The notes below the pieces were generated by a model that was not told where the DNA came from, did not search any database, and was given only the letters and a program-made list of their open reading frames with translations. A DNA stretch of 64,000 nt from positions 37,929,703-37,993,702 of the forward strand of contig CP154954.1 in the NCBI GenBank assembly GCA_039621445.1, read 5' to 3'. Of the stretch, positions 12,106 to 24,556 are shown piece after piece. The DNA comes from Euglena gracilis. Its lineage: Eukaryota. Numbering within the stretch: position 1 is the first letter of the stretch; every line of letters starts with the position of its first letter. Both the position numbers and the translations under genes were made by a program.

Positions 12106-12538
12106 TAATCCACCTGGGATTCTGGGGTCTGATTTTTGGGAAGAGTGCACGTTTTGGATTTTTTTTGTTGAAAATTTTGGATTACAGCTTTGGCCTGATG
12201 CCAGCAATTTGGCCCACAGTGTGCCAGAATTCTGGCCACTTCCACCATGAATAAATGAAACCAACACATCCCCTCGCAATTGGAAAAAAGGGGGGGAAAT
12301 GCCGAAAATTTTGTTTAGTCTTGGCCTTTCCATCAAATTTTGGAGGTCTCATTATATTGTTTGGATCCGGGTTGTGGGGGGGGGGGTCACGGGGATGAAA
12401 AACCCCATCCTATTAACCATTTTTTTTGAAAAAAAATGCGATTGTTTTGTTGTTTTGATTTTTGTGAATTTTGTTTTTTGGTGCTTTTAAGATTCAGTTT
12501 TCGAGTTTTGGGAATTTTCAGCAGTTTGGGGCTCTAGG

Positions 12539-13619
12539 CGGTAGACTGGGGGGGGTCCTGGGTGGTCGGCCGACTAGGCCTGGTCGGCAGCTAGTCGGCG
12601 AGACAGGGGGGGGGGTCCTGGGTGGTCGGCCGACTAGTCGGCCGACCACCCACTCTAATGTAGTTACGGGCCAGTCTCGCCGACTTTTTATGAAGAAAAT
12701 TGTATGCAAACTAGTCGGTGGCTAGTCGGTGGTCATAAAAATGGTCTGTGGCAGGTCCAAACCACCCGGAAATGGTCCGGATGGGTCCAAATAAGTGCCT
12801 TACACCAACAGGAACACCCTCAGATGGAAATCTTTGGTCAATGGGGGGTCGGTGGGCCCTTGATGGGGTCTGGAGGGGTAAAAAACCAATGACGAAACAG
12901 GGATTACATGCAAATCCTTTAGAAATGCAAGCATTCTGCATCACGACAGGCTGAAAACTCCCCCCTCCACCCCCCACCCGAGCCCAGATAACAAAATCCC
13001 TTCTATGTTGGCAACATACTCGGGGGCTAAATCGTTTTTGTGGCTCAATTTGGCATAGGCGGGGGGGGGGGGCTCCGCCCCCCCCCCCCCCCCCCCCCCC
13101 TCAAATAACAAAATCCCTTCTATGTTGGCAACATACTCCGGGGTTAAGTCGTTTTTGTGGCTCATTTTGGCATAGGTGGGTGGGGCTCCGCCCCCCCGCA
13201 CCCCCCCCCTCAAATAACAAAATCCCTTCTATGTTGGCTAAATCCTTTTTGTGCAAATTTTGACTTATATATTGAAAATCCAACGGGGAGAAGTGTTCTT
13301 TTCCCAAAAGTGGCCCAAAATGGACATTTTGCCCCCAGTTTTTTTGCATATTCACCCCCGATTGGGGGTTCTGGAGCCATTTGGGTGGGTTTTGACTGGT
13401 TTTGGGTGATTTGGACAAAAGTTTTTTCTCAGGGGGGGGGGCTTAAAAGTCGGCGAGACTGGCCCGTAACTACATTAGAGTGGGTGACTAGTCGGCCGAC
13501 CACCCAGGACCCCCCCCCCTGTCTCGCCGACTAGCTGCCGACCAGGCCTAGTCGGCCGACCAATTGAGTGGTCGGCCGACTAGTCGGCCGACCACCCAGG
13601 ACCCCCCCCCAGTCTACCG
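12539..13619. mobile_element. Long-TIR non-autonomous element (CGGTAGACTG...CAGTCTACCG)
   Basis: ~150-bp TIRs built of GTCGGCCGAC motifs. Interior is homologous to 200-750 and 19170-19960. No TSD identified. Confidence 0.75.
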
Positions 13620-14468
13620 CAGTTTGGACAAACTTTTGGGCGAAAAACACAATTTTTTTTGCCAGGGGATGGTAACTGGCAGTCTTTTTTGGGGAGAAAA
13701 TGTTTGCAGTTGATTTTGTCGGACGGGGTGGGGTCCAGTCCGAACCCACCCCCCCACAGGGTCCGGCCAGCCTGCTGGACCCGGCGGGCGCCTCCACACA
13801 GAATAAGAGAGTCTTCGTATTTAGGCCGGCGGGGCGTCTTTGAAGAGGTATTATTTTCTATCGAAAGCTCCCAGACATTTGATGTTCTATAATCATGTTC
13901 CATTAAATGAAATATGTTCTATCATTTTCTTTCTGTTGAGCTCATCATGTCGGCCGTCCCTCTTCATGGAGTCCAACATATATCACAGCTGGTGGCAGAC
14001 AATATCTATACAAAAATCGACTGCCACTAATGGCGCCGGGCAGCCTGGCGCCTTTGGCACCTTGGGCCGCCCGGCGCCCCTGCTAAAATTGTTACTTAGT
14101 GCAGTCGATTGTTCTAAAACCTATTTCGCAGGGCCCGCATGCCTGTCTTCAGCAACCTTTAACAATTAGAAACCTATTTCAAAAATTCCCCAAAATTGGC
14201 CAAATGGAAATTGTTGCACAAAATACCCCAATATCTGGCCAAATGCCCCCAAAAACTGCTCAGATGTGATTGCCACGTGTCTACTAACCATTTTGAACGC
14301 TTTTGGGCATTTCTTATTTTCGATCCCCTAGACGCCATCTTCCCGCCCGAACCGGCGTTCTGGACGCCGGTTCGGCACAAAAATTTCTGCGCCGAACCGG
14401 CGTCCAGAACGCCGGTTCGGGCGTGAAGCCAGAGCCCCAATACGAACACCATGAAGCACAGCTGGAAT

Positions 14469-14771
14469 CAGGGGTTTTTTTAAGACCGGGGGGGGGGGGG
14501 GGGGAGGCGGCGCCCCCCCCCCCCCCCCCCCCCCCGGGGGGGGCCCCCCCGGGGGGGGGGGGGAGGGGGTCCCGGGGGACCCACAAAAAATGGCCGAAAA
14601 ATCGCGAAAAGTGCTAAAAATAGAATTTTTTCGGCGCCTGCGGCGCCGAAAAGTATATCCCACCCCCCTCCGGGGGGGACCCCCCCCCCGGGGGGGGGGG
14701 CGGGGGTCCGGCAGACCCACCCACCCTACCCCCCCTCCCCCCCCGGGGGTCCAAACTTAAAAAAATCCCTG
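14469..14771. mobile_element. hAT-like MITE
   Basis: CAGGGG...ATCCCTG with perfect TSD GCTGGAAT. The empty site is visible in paralogous repeats near 21905 and 34885. Confidence 0.9.
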
Positions 14772-16028
14772 GCTGGAATCTAAAGCCATCTGCTGAAAGC
14801 CCTTGAGAACTGCTTTCGATCTGCGGGCCGAGGAGGGGGAGGGGGTGGGGGGGGACACCCCCCCACCTAAACAATTGCGCGGTCTGGGTGATCGAAAATT
14901 TTTGACCCCCCAAAACGACCAAAGGTGCCATTTTTGGCACTTTTTGGGCAAAAATGTGCCAAAAATGCAAAAAATTTTCGGCGCAAAGCACCGGAGGAAA
15001 AAAATGACCCTTTTTTGGGGGGGTCCCGGATACCCCCCTCAGGGTCGGTCCGGACCCCCTTGGCAGGTGGGGGGGGGGTGGTCCGGACCCCCCCCCCTGC
15101 GGGCCAGGAGGGGGAGGAGGGGGGGGGGACACCCCCCCACCTAAACCATGTACGCTCTCCTTACCGGAGGGATGAAAATACCGCGCAGCATTAATTACCG
15201 ATTGGATTAATTCCGCTCCTGGGCGAGCTTCCGTAACTGGCGATCTGGGCATTTTTCTGGCACGGCGGCCGGAATTAGGATCAGGCAAAAATTAATCTGG
15301 ATCGCGGAGTGCGTTTTTTCTGTCTCACAGCGTAACGATCAGGCGTCTGGCAGGCTTTATTAAAGAGCGGTATTAATCCATTCGGTATTACTACCGAGCG
15401 GCATTTTAATCCCCCCGGTGTATCAAACCCTGGTTCTGAGGGTACCAAGCGAAAGGTCTTGGGGAGAGTTTTTTGATTGACATGCTGTATGGCACCTGAG
15501 GTGTGGGATTTCACAAATTAAGATGTCAAAATTTGGAATGCACGATCGCTGAAAATAAGCGCTGTGTGCATAATGGCTAAATCCTGTGGCCATCTGTCAA
15601 AAGCCCTTGAGAACAGCTTTCGATCGATGGGTAACATGGCATCACATTTGTGAAAACTTCAATCGGCCGATCGACATCGCCATGCGCCCAAAGGAGCCAA
15701 AAATGCTCAAAAATGTTCGAAAAATGGGTATTTAGGGCGAAATTGGCCGTGATTCCTTGAACGCCGGTTCGGGCGTGAAGCGAGAGCCCCTAATCTACGG
15801 TTTCTACACACAAATTGTGGCTGAGCCCAGATTTCAGCCTGAAAACGTGTTCAGCCAGGGGGCCCCCGAAGGGGGCCCCCTGAAGACGTTTTCAGGCTGA
15901 AATCTGGGCTCAGCCACAATTTGTTTGAAAACGTGCCTAACCACAGATGCCTTAATGGAAAACGTGTCATTGCCACAGATGCCCTCATTGAAAACGTGTC
16001 ACCCCCCCCTTTCCGCAGCCTTCCCACT

Positions 16029-16886
16029 ATGGCTAAACGCACGGCTAACTTTGTGAATGGCCTTTTGCCACCTCCCCCTAGGACGGAACTGTTCCTGGCT
16101 GCTCTCGCGGTATACCAGCAAGATGCCAAGAAGCCGAAGGTTGACCCCCTTCATGGCACCTTGCTGGCACAGGGCAACACAAAGAAAAGTCCGGCTCCGT
16201 GGGAGCAGAGCTTGCTGCTGTTGCCAACTGTTTGGAGTTTGCCAAACTGTGTCAACATCGGCAAGCCTCTTATCCTGAGCTGCATGCTTTCTTTGTTGCT
16301 TGGACGGGATGGGAGCATGCTTGTGCTTACCAACCGGGGGGGGAGGGGGGGGGTGCTATAGGGTGCCTGCCCCTGGCAGGCACACCCCCCCCCCGGGGGG
16401 GACAGGGGTCCGGGCCGGACCCAGAAAATTTTCATTGAAAATGGCCCTTTCCCGGCCCCCGGCGCCTTCGGCGCCGGGGTCGGAGGGGGGTGCCTGCTAG
16501 GGGCAGGCACCCCCCAAAACCCTACCCCCCCCCCCGGGCGGGGGGGGGGTCGGATCGGGTGCTATGGGGTGCCTGCCCCTAGCACCCCCCCCCCCGTGGG
16601 GTAGGCACCCGACTAAGCGCAAGCCTGGATGGGAGCTGGAACCCAGCCTGTTGTTCGATGAGGCGAGCGTCATTGAACAATGTGTGGCTCAACGTGAGCA
16701 GCAGTCGGGAACTTTGTTCGTTTCAGGGAATCGTTCGGCAACCTCTTTTCTTCTTTGCCATTCCCAAAAATCCAAATTGTGTGGAGCTGAAAAAAGTTGT
16801 GTGTGACCTGCGGTTTGGCATATCATTTTCATTGCCAAGATTTGCGGCGGCCACCAAAGTATGGCTCTTTTTTGTGTAAAGTGTGA
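16029..16886 (+). pseudogene. Deleted and frameshifted gene: MAKRTAN...DPLH N-terminus plus C-terminal PHD finger
   Basis: 22 of 53 ungapped identities to the 31772 ORF. 16794-16886 reads KLCVTCGLAYHFHCQDLRRPPKYGSFLCKV*. One-base frameshift near 16189. Confidence 0.8.
16316..16627. mobile_element. hAT-like MITE inserted in the remnant ORF
   Basis: CATGCTTGTGCTTA / TAAGCGCAAGCCTG with perfect 8-bp TSD GATGGGAG. Confidence 0.85.
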
Positions 16887-18382
16887 CGTGTTCCGTGATG
16901 TCCGCCACTCCGTGTCGTTGTGCTCCAAGGCAACCTAGCCTTCTGTTGTGTTGTAGAGTGCCCCCGACCCACCTCACTCGTTGAGGACCACCCGACCTCG
17001 CAAGTCGCAACCACCCGCTGATTTTTCATGACACCGTTTTTTGCTTTTTACTCAGGGTTGCCACAGATGCCCTAATGGAAAACGTGAGTGAACACAGATG
17101 CCTTAATCGAAAACGTGTCATTGTCACAGATGCCCTCATTGAAAACGTGCCTAACCACAGATGCCTTAATTGAAAACGTGTCATTGCCACAGATGCCCTC
17201 ATTGAAAACGTGTTCATGACCACGAATTTCAGGGCAGGCATTTGGCGGGCTGAAAACGTTTTTAACACTGTGTCCAGAACGCCGGTTCGGGCGTGAAGCT
17301 GCGTTTCAGAACGCTGGTTTGGGCTGCCGCCCGAACCGGCGTTCTGGACACAGTTTTCGTATCAGAAACCCATACAGTGGTTTTTTTGTTGTTTTCACGG
17401 CGCCCCTCTGAAAGCCATTTAAACCGGCGTTTGAGACGCCGGGTTCAGGACAGAACCGGCGTCCCCCCCCCACGGGTTTTCCGGACGCCGGACAGAACCG
17501 GCGTCCGCCACCCCTTTTGCAGTATATGCAAACGGGCGCCTGTCTTGAAAACCGTTCGACCTTTTGTGAAATCTCTTATTTGCCTCGTCATCCTTCTTTA
17601 AAGCTGTGAAGTGTGCAATGTTCGGTGGCACTGTGTGTGGATCTCCGACATCCACCCAGCTTTGGGTGGATGTGCGAGGGCTGTCGCGGCGCTATGTAGT
17701 TGTTCAGTTTCCGTTGTGATCCTGGTTGTGATTGTGCCCTGGTGATTTTTGTCTTTTGTCTGTCACGTTTCTGTCATTAACCCTATTTCAGCTCTTGTTG
17801 AGCTCTGGGGCACCAGGTCCCCACACATTCTTTTGTGCCTTCAATTGTGGGTTCACTAGGGTGGTGACATTCGTGAAAAGTGGTCGGAAAGAAAAGTAAA
17901 AGGTCGTGAAATTTCATGAAATTTCAGGGGCCGGAAATTTCAGTCACGACCCTGGGATTCACAGATCCTTTTGTGGCTTCAATCAGTTACCAGCTGCCTA
18001 CATCCCACGGGCGCCTGTCTTGAAAACCGTTTCATACAAACGGGCGCTTGGTCTTGCAAAGCCGCCCAGAACGCCGCCCGCCACTGCGGGCCGCCGGCCT
18101 GTACGGCCTGCCTCCTCAATATGCTCCCATCCCACGTGGAAAGTGGAATGTGCCAATAGTTAGAAGCCAGCACCTTTCTTCCAGCTGGGAGTCATGGTGG
18201 TGCAAACGCAAATTGGTGCCAAATGTTTTTTTGGTATTTATCATGTTTCCAGCTAGCCTGGCACTTCCCGTTTTTAAGACATGGATCGGAGAAAGCAGTT
18301 CTTTGCTTGATGGTGAAGCAAGAAAAAACATATTGGCAGGAAATCTGTTGTTTGGGCGACATCCTGTCATGGAAGCTCCACT

Positions 18383-18670
18383 CAGGGGTTTTTTTTTTAG
18401 TCTTGGCCCCCCCCCCCCAGGGGGGGTGGGGTGGGTGGGTCCCTTGGACCCCTCCCCCCGGGGGGGGGGGGGCGGGGGGGGGAAGGGCTGGTGGGTATAT
18501 ATTTTTCGGTGCTGAAGGCCCCGAAAAATATGAAAAGGTGCTATTTTCAGCATTTTTGGACATTTTCGGGCAAAAGTGGGTGGGTCCCCTAGGGGGGCGG
18601 GGGGACACCCCAGGGGGGGGGGGGTGGATGCCGACCCCCTCCCCCCACCCCCAGTCTTAAAAAATCCCTG
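18383..18670. mobile_element. hAT-like MITE with decayed TSD
   Basis: CAGGGGTTTTT...AAAATCCCTG; flanks GCTCCACT / GTTTCAGT. Confidence 0.65.
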
Positions 18671-18976
18671 GTTTCAGTGCCAAATTTTCTGTTTGTTGCA
18701 AATTTTCTGCCATTTTGCCACTTTCTGCCCACTTGAACGTTTTTGTGAAAATCAGGGGGGGGGTGATCATGATGATGATGATGGCGACGACAAATATTAT
18801 TATTATTATTATTGTTATTGTTATTGTTATTATCATTATTGTTATTCTCAAAAAATGAGGGAATTTTTTGTTGAACCCCGGAAAGGTTTGGAGCAGGCTT
18901 CTTTAAGTGAACGTCCTTTTTTGGCCCCCCAAAACCCCCCCCCCCCCCCCCGGACCTCCTCTTCCTTAGTGCCAAA

Positions 18977-20148
18977 CGGTAGACTGGGGGGGGGGGGTAG
19001 TGGGTAGTAGGCCGACTAGTCAGCCGACTACCCAATTGGTCCACCGACTAGTCGGCCGACTAATTGGTCGGTGGCTAGTCGGCGGGGGGGGGGGGTAGTG
19101 GGTAGTCGGCCGACCAGTCGGCCGACTACCCACTCTAATGTACTAACGGGTCAAAACCGCCGACTTTTAAGCCCCCCCCCCCTGGTAAAAAAAAATGTCT
19201 AAATCACCTCAACGCCGGTCAAAACCCACCCAAATGGCTCCAGAACCCCCCAATCGGGGGTGAATATGCAAAAAAATTGGGGGAAAATGTCCATTTTGGG
19301 CCACTTTTGACAAAAGTACACCTCTCCCCATTGAATTTTCAATATAAGTCAAAATTTGCGCAAAAAAAGGGTCTTATCCCTCCAAGTCTATAGCCAACAT
19401 AGAAGGGATTTTGTTATTTGGGGGGGGGGTGTGGGGGGGGCGGAGCCCCCCCCCCGCCTATGCCAAAGTGAGCCACAAAAACGACTTAGCCCCCGAGTAT
19501 GTTGCAAACACAGAAGGGATTTTGTAATTTGAGGGGGGTGTGCGGGGGGGCGGAGCCCCCCCCCCCGCCTATGCCAAAGTGAGCCACAAAAACGACTTAG
19601 CCCCCGAGTATGTTGCCAACACAGAAGGGATTTTGTTATTTGAGTCTCGGATTGGGGTGGAGGGGGGAGTTTTCTGCCTCTCGTGATGCAAAACGCAGAT
19701 TGCAGATTGCATTTCTAAAGGATTTTAATGTAATCCCTGTTTCATCATTGGTTTTTTACCCCTCCGGACCCCCATCAAGGGCCCACCGACCCCCCATTGA
19801 CCAAAGATTTCCATCTGGGGGTGTTTATTTAGGCGTAAGACACTTATTTGGACCCATCCGGACCATTTCCGGGTGATTTGGGCCCGCCACAGACCATTTT
19901 TATGACCGCCGACTAGCCACCGACTAGTTTGCATTGGATTTTGTTCATGGGGGGGGGCTTAAAAGTCGGCGGTTTTGACCCGTTAGTACATTAGAGTGGG
20001 TAGTCGGCCGACTAGTTGGCCGACTACCCACTACCCCCCCCCCCCTGTCTCGCCGACTAGCTACCGACTAGGACTAGTCGGTGGACCAATTGGGTAGGCG
20101 GCCGACTAGTCGGCCGACTACCCACTACCCCCCCCCCCCAGTCTACCG
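18977..20148. mobile_element. Long-TIR non-autonomous element, same family as 12539
   Basis: ~200-bp TIRs, CGGTAGACTG...CAGTCTACCG. Confidence 0.8.
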
Positions 20149-20280
20149 CCTTGCGCCCTCTTCCTTCCCTTTTTGGGGGTGGGTGCAGGGCACCCTCCCT
20201 CTTAAAAAAAGAACACTTCCCTTCTTTCCGGCTTTATCCCAAAGTGCCTTGCATTCACCTCCCCCCCCCCCGTCTCACAG

Positions 20281-20903
20281 TTCCGTGGCTGCTGGTGGTG
20301 GCTGGTCCCCCTCCTCACCGCCATCGGCGCCGCCAGCTGGACACGCAGGGCGGCGCTGTGAAAATGGTCAGTTCGGGGGTGGCCAGGCGATTTCCCTTCG
20401 GGAATGCACCCACAAAAACTGGGCGATGAGGATTTTCTCACAAAAGAAATCCCCCCCAACCCTGGTTGGTGAACATGTGGTAACCCCAAACGTATTTCTC
20501 AGTGCAAAGTGGCAAATCTTCTCTGCGGTGTTTGTCCTCCCTGATAGGTAGTTGCAGATCCCTAACAGACCCATTTTGGGTTTTGGCCAGAAGCAGGGGT
20601 TTCTTTTTAATCTTGGACCCCCCGGGGAGGGGGTAGGTGGCCCCCAGGGGAATATTTTTGAAAAGGTGCTATTTTCAGCATTTTTGCGATTTTTAGCCAT
20701 TTTTGGGGAAAAGTGAGTGGGTCCCCTGGGACCTCCCCGGTCTTTTAAAAAAACCCCTGGCCAGAAATGTCCACCGAGGAATGGCGCACCCCTGCCGCAG
20801 ATCTCGCCCATCGACAGCAGCCTGGCCAACACGTTGGCGTGGGCAGCGGTGGCCAGCACCTACGGCTGGCTGTGGGTGGACTACCTCCGCCCACGGCTGC
20901 TGG
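20281..20903 (+). pseudogene. Two-exon fragment of a hydrophobic protein nested antisense in the RRM intron
   Basis: Exons 20281-20342 and 20800-20903 with GC-ending codons. AG precedes the first and GT follows the second. They join in frame as FRGCWWWLVPLLTAIGAASWT-ISPIDSSLANTLAWAAVASTYGWLWVDYLRPRLL. Confidence 0.45.
20594..20759. mobile_element. hAT-like MITE
   Basis: CAGGGGTTT...AAACCCCTG; flanks GCCAGAAG / GCCAGAAA. Confidence 0.8.
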
Positions 20904-21069
20904 GTGCCGCGCCGCTGCCCATGCTCCGCGGTTGGGGGGCTTTTGCCCTGGGTGTATGGTCTTGAAAACCGTTTTTTTGGGAACGGTTTCTGCTAAAACC
21001 GGTTAATGTCAGTCGATTTTCAAGACAGGTGTCGGGTGAGATTTAAACACATATGGACTTTTCGTGAAC

Positions 21070-22010
21070 TCTGATACGAAAACTGTGTCCAGAACGCCGG
21101 TTCGGGCGTGAAGCCGTGTTCCAGAACGCCGGTTCGGGCGGCAGCCCGAACCGGCGTTCTGGACACAGTTGTTGAAACCGTGGATTAGGGGCTCTGGCTT
21201 CACGCCCGAACCGGCGTTCAAGGAATGCAGGCCAATTTCGGCCTAAATACCCCCCCCCCCTAATTGACCGTGGGACCTCTCCAGGGGACCCCCCTTTTGG
21301 TCAATTGGGGGGGGTTCAATTAGGGGGGGGGGGTTGGTCAATTAGAAGGGGGGTACCGTCAATTAGGGGGTGCTTCAGCACGGAATCCCCCCGGGTAGTC
21401 AATTAGGGGGGGGGTGAAAAAATTTTCCCCGGGGCGTTTGGTCAATTAGGGGGGGGGGGAGGTGGTACCCATTTTTCGAACATTTTGGAGCATTTTTGGC
21501 TCCTTTGGGCGCATGGCCATGTCGATTGGCCGATTGAAGTTTTCACTGGTCTGGTGCCATATCACCCATCGATCGAAAGCTCTTCTCAAGGGCTTTTGGT
21601 AGATGGCCACAGGATTCAGCCATTATGCACACAGCGCTTATTTTCAGCGATCGTTCATTCCAAAATTTGACATCTTAATTTGTGAAATCCCACACCTCAG
21701 GTGCCATACAGCATATCAATTGAAAGCTCTCGCCAAGACCTTTCATTTGGTACCCTCAGAACTCAGCTACACTGCAGAGCACTCTGAAAATCGGCGATCG
21801 CAATTTCCGACCCTGTTTGCAAAGTCGAAATTCCTATGTTTCACCAGCAATGTTGCCCATCGATCGAAAGCTCTTCTCAGGGGCTTTCAGCAGATGGCCT
21901 TAGATTCCAGCCGTGCTGCATGGTGTTCTACTTCAAAAATTCCCCAAATTTGGCCAAATGGAAATTGTTGCACAAAATACCCCAATACCCCCCAAAAACT
22001 GCTGGCCAAA
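21070..22010. repeat. Dispersed repeat family rich in GAACCGGCGT and CGATCGAAAGCTC motifs
   Basis: Collinear copy at about 34232-35190 and an inverted, interrupted copy at about 14173-17370. Confidence 0.8.
21250..21465. mobile_element. Tc1/mariner-type MITE with TA TSD
   Basis: TIR CCCCCCTAATTGACC. The uninterrupted site CCTAAATACCCATTTTTCG is present on the reverse strand near 15718-15737. Confidence 0.85.
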
Positions 22011-22047
22011 AAAGCCCTCAAAAAAGTTTGCCCAAAGGTCTCTAGTA

Positions 22048-24002
22048 CAAAAAAGAGGTGTCGGACGCCGGTTCTGTCCAAAGCCCGGCGTTCCAAACGC
22101 CGGTTCCGTCCTTCGGACGGAACCGGCGTTTGGAACGCCGGGCTTTGGACAGAACCGGCGTCCGACACCCCTTGTTTAAAGCGGCGTTTTAGAGACGCCG
22201 GGCTCAGGACAGAACCGGCGTCCCCACCCTTCGGGCAAAGGACACTCCCGGGACCAATCTCCGACCACTGATCTGCAATGTCACACCACTTTGCACTTCA
22301 CCAAATTCCGGCGATCGCGAGGGTATTTCTGGCTGTGTCAATCGTCCAGGTATAAAATCACCCCTCGATCGAAAGCTCTTTTCATCAGACGACTGGCGAT
22401 CACCACCAAATTCAGCGACGCCGCCTGGCTTATTTTCTGTCAGTGGGGAATCCTAATTTCACAACTCTGGTGCCCCCCCAAGGCCCTCAGGTCGTTGATT
22501 CGAAGAGGAAAAACGTTTCTGTAAGGTTTATTAAGCATCTTAAACCAAAAATCGCTGAAAATTGCGACAAATTTCGACTCAGATTCTGGCCGATCCGACG
22601 ATCGCGAGCGTATCTCGGGCTGCGTGCAACGTCAGGGTACCAAGTTACCCCTCGATCGAAAGCTCTTTTCAACAGACGACCAGCGCTGCTCATTAGATCT
22701 TTCCACGCTGCACGGTACTCTATTTCCAAATCTGGGCCAATTTTCACCAAATTTGGATATCCACCCCAGTGGTCCCCAGATGGCAAAATTCATTGTCCTT
22801 GATGGTTGAAACACTCATATCACCACCTTAGGGCCACTTTTGGGCACTTTTGGTGCTTTTAGGAATGAAAATCGGACGCCGGGCTTTGGACAAAGCCGGC
22901 GTTCCTAACGCCGGGCTTTGGACAGAACCGGCGTCTGGAAGCCCGTGGGGGGGGACGCCGGTTCTGTCCTGAGCCCGGCGTCTCAAACGCCGGCTTAAAT
23001 TTTTTTGCACTGCGCCCCAAAAATACTTGCACTTTGTTCCAAAAAAATTTGCACTTTGCCATTTAAACCGGCGTTTGAGGCGCCGGGTTCAGGACAGAAC
23101 CGGCGTCCCCCCCCACGGGTTTTCCGGACGCCGGTTCTGTACTAAAACCCGGCGTTAGGAACGCCCGTTTTGTCCAAAACCCGGCGTCCGGTTTTCATTC
23201 CTAAAAATGTCACCAAAAGTGCCCAAAGTGACCCCAAGGTGCTGGTATGAGTGTTTCAACCATCTAGGACAATGAATTTTGCCATCTGGGGACCACTGGG
23301 GTGGATATCCAAATTTGGTGGAAATTGGCCCAGATTTGGAAATAGAGGACCGTGCGGCGTGGAAAGATCTGATGAGCACCGCTGGTCGTCTGTTGAAAAG
23401 AGCTTTCGTTCGAGGGGTAACTTGGCACCCTAACGTTGCACACAGCCCGAGATACGCTCGCGACCGTCAGACCAGCCAGAATCTGAGTCGAAATTTGTGG
23501 TTATTTTCAGTGATTTTTGGTTTAAGATGCTGAATAAACCTTACAGAAACGTTTTTTCTCTTCGAATCGACCACCTGAGGGGTCCTGGGGGGTACCAGAG
23601 TTATGAAATTAGGATTTCCCAGTGACAGAAAATAAGAGCTCCAGGCGGCGTCGCTGAATTTGGTGGTGATCGCCAGTCGTCTGATGAAAAGAGCTTTCAA
23701 TTGAGGGGTGAGTTTGTACCAGGACGATTGACACAGCCAGAAATACCCTCGCGATCGCCGGAATTTGGTGAAATGCAAAGTGGCGTGACTTTGCAGATAA
23801 GTGGTCGGGGATTGGTCCCGGGAGTGTCCTTTGACCGAAGGGTGGGGACGCCGGTTCTGTCCTGAACCCGGCGTCTCTAAAACGCCGCTTTAAACAAGGG
23901 GTGGCGGACGCCGGTTCTGTCCAAAACCCGGCGTTCCGGACGCCGGTTCCGTCCGGAACGCCGGGTTTTGGACAGAACCGGCATCCGCCACCCCTTGTTT
24001 GA
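22048..24002. mobile_element. Foldback element, about 1.95 kb with ~0.95-kb inverted arms
   Basis: For example 22241-22350 is the reverse complement of about 23719-23828. Centre near 23000-23065; TA at both ends. Confidence 0.85.
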
Positions 24003-24556
24003 TACTTTTGTCCAAAAAAAAAGCCTTACACAATAGGTACACTCCGGTTGAAGTTTAAAAAGGCAATTGTGCAAAACACCCAATCCAAGGGCAAAAAAAT
24101 TCGGAACGAATGCTTTTGGAATGTGCAACCATTTTTGAGGAAAAGTGCGAACAAATTGGTGGTATGTGCAAACATTTTTGAGATTAAGTGCAAGAAAATT
24201 GACCGGAAGTGTAAAAGCATGCGGAGCGAAGTGCAAAAAAATTCGGTTGTTTGGTGTAAAAAATATTTTCTTAAAAAGGTATGTTTTTAAAAAAAACAAA
24301 AACAAACCGTCAACCTTGGCACTCGGCCGACTACCCACCACCCACTCCCCCTCCCAGTCGACTGTCTGGCACCCGTGCCGACCCCTCCCCCCTGTCCCTC
24401 CAATATGAAACACCCCCTCGGGAGCCAAAATCCTGAGGACGTTGCAGCTATGCCATGGTGTGGGGAATCGGTCTCAGCCAAAGCCCCCCCCCCCCCGCCG
24501 GCAAGGGGGTGCATGGGTGCATGTGGGGGGGGGTGGACAACTGCAATGGTCTGGTC

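Larger units (their letters stand above)
15809..17266 (+). mobile_element. Hairpin-terminated element with PHD-protein remnant, copy A
   Basis: Boundaries defined by the empty site in paralogues at 21160-21180 and 34355-34375. Foldback at 15810-15924. 31-32-bp direct-repeat arrays at 15927-16000 and 17060-17215. Confidence 0.75.
10332..24556 (-). other. Non-conventional intron, 14,225 nt
   Basis: No GT-AG junction restores the frame. 5' GAC-CAGACCATTG pairs with 3' CAATGGTGTG-ATATG (9 of 10). Removal gives SKGFG-LIEF. Confidence 0.8.
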
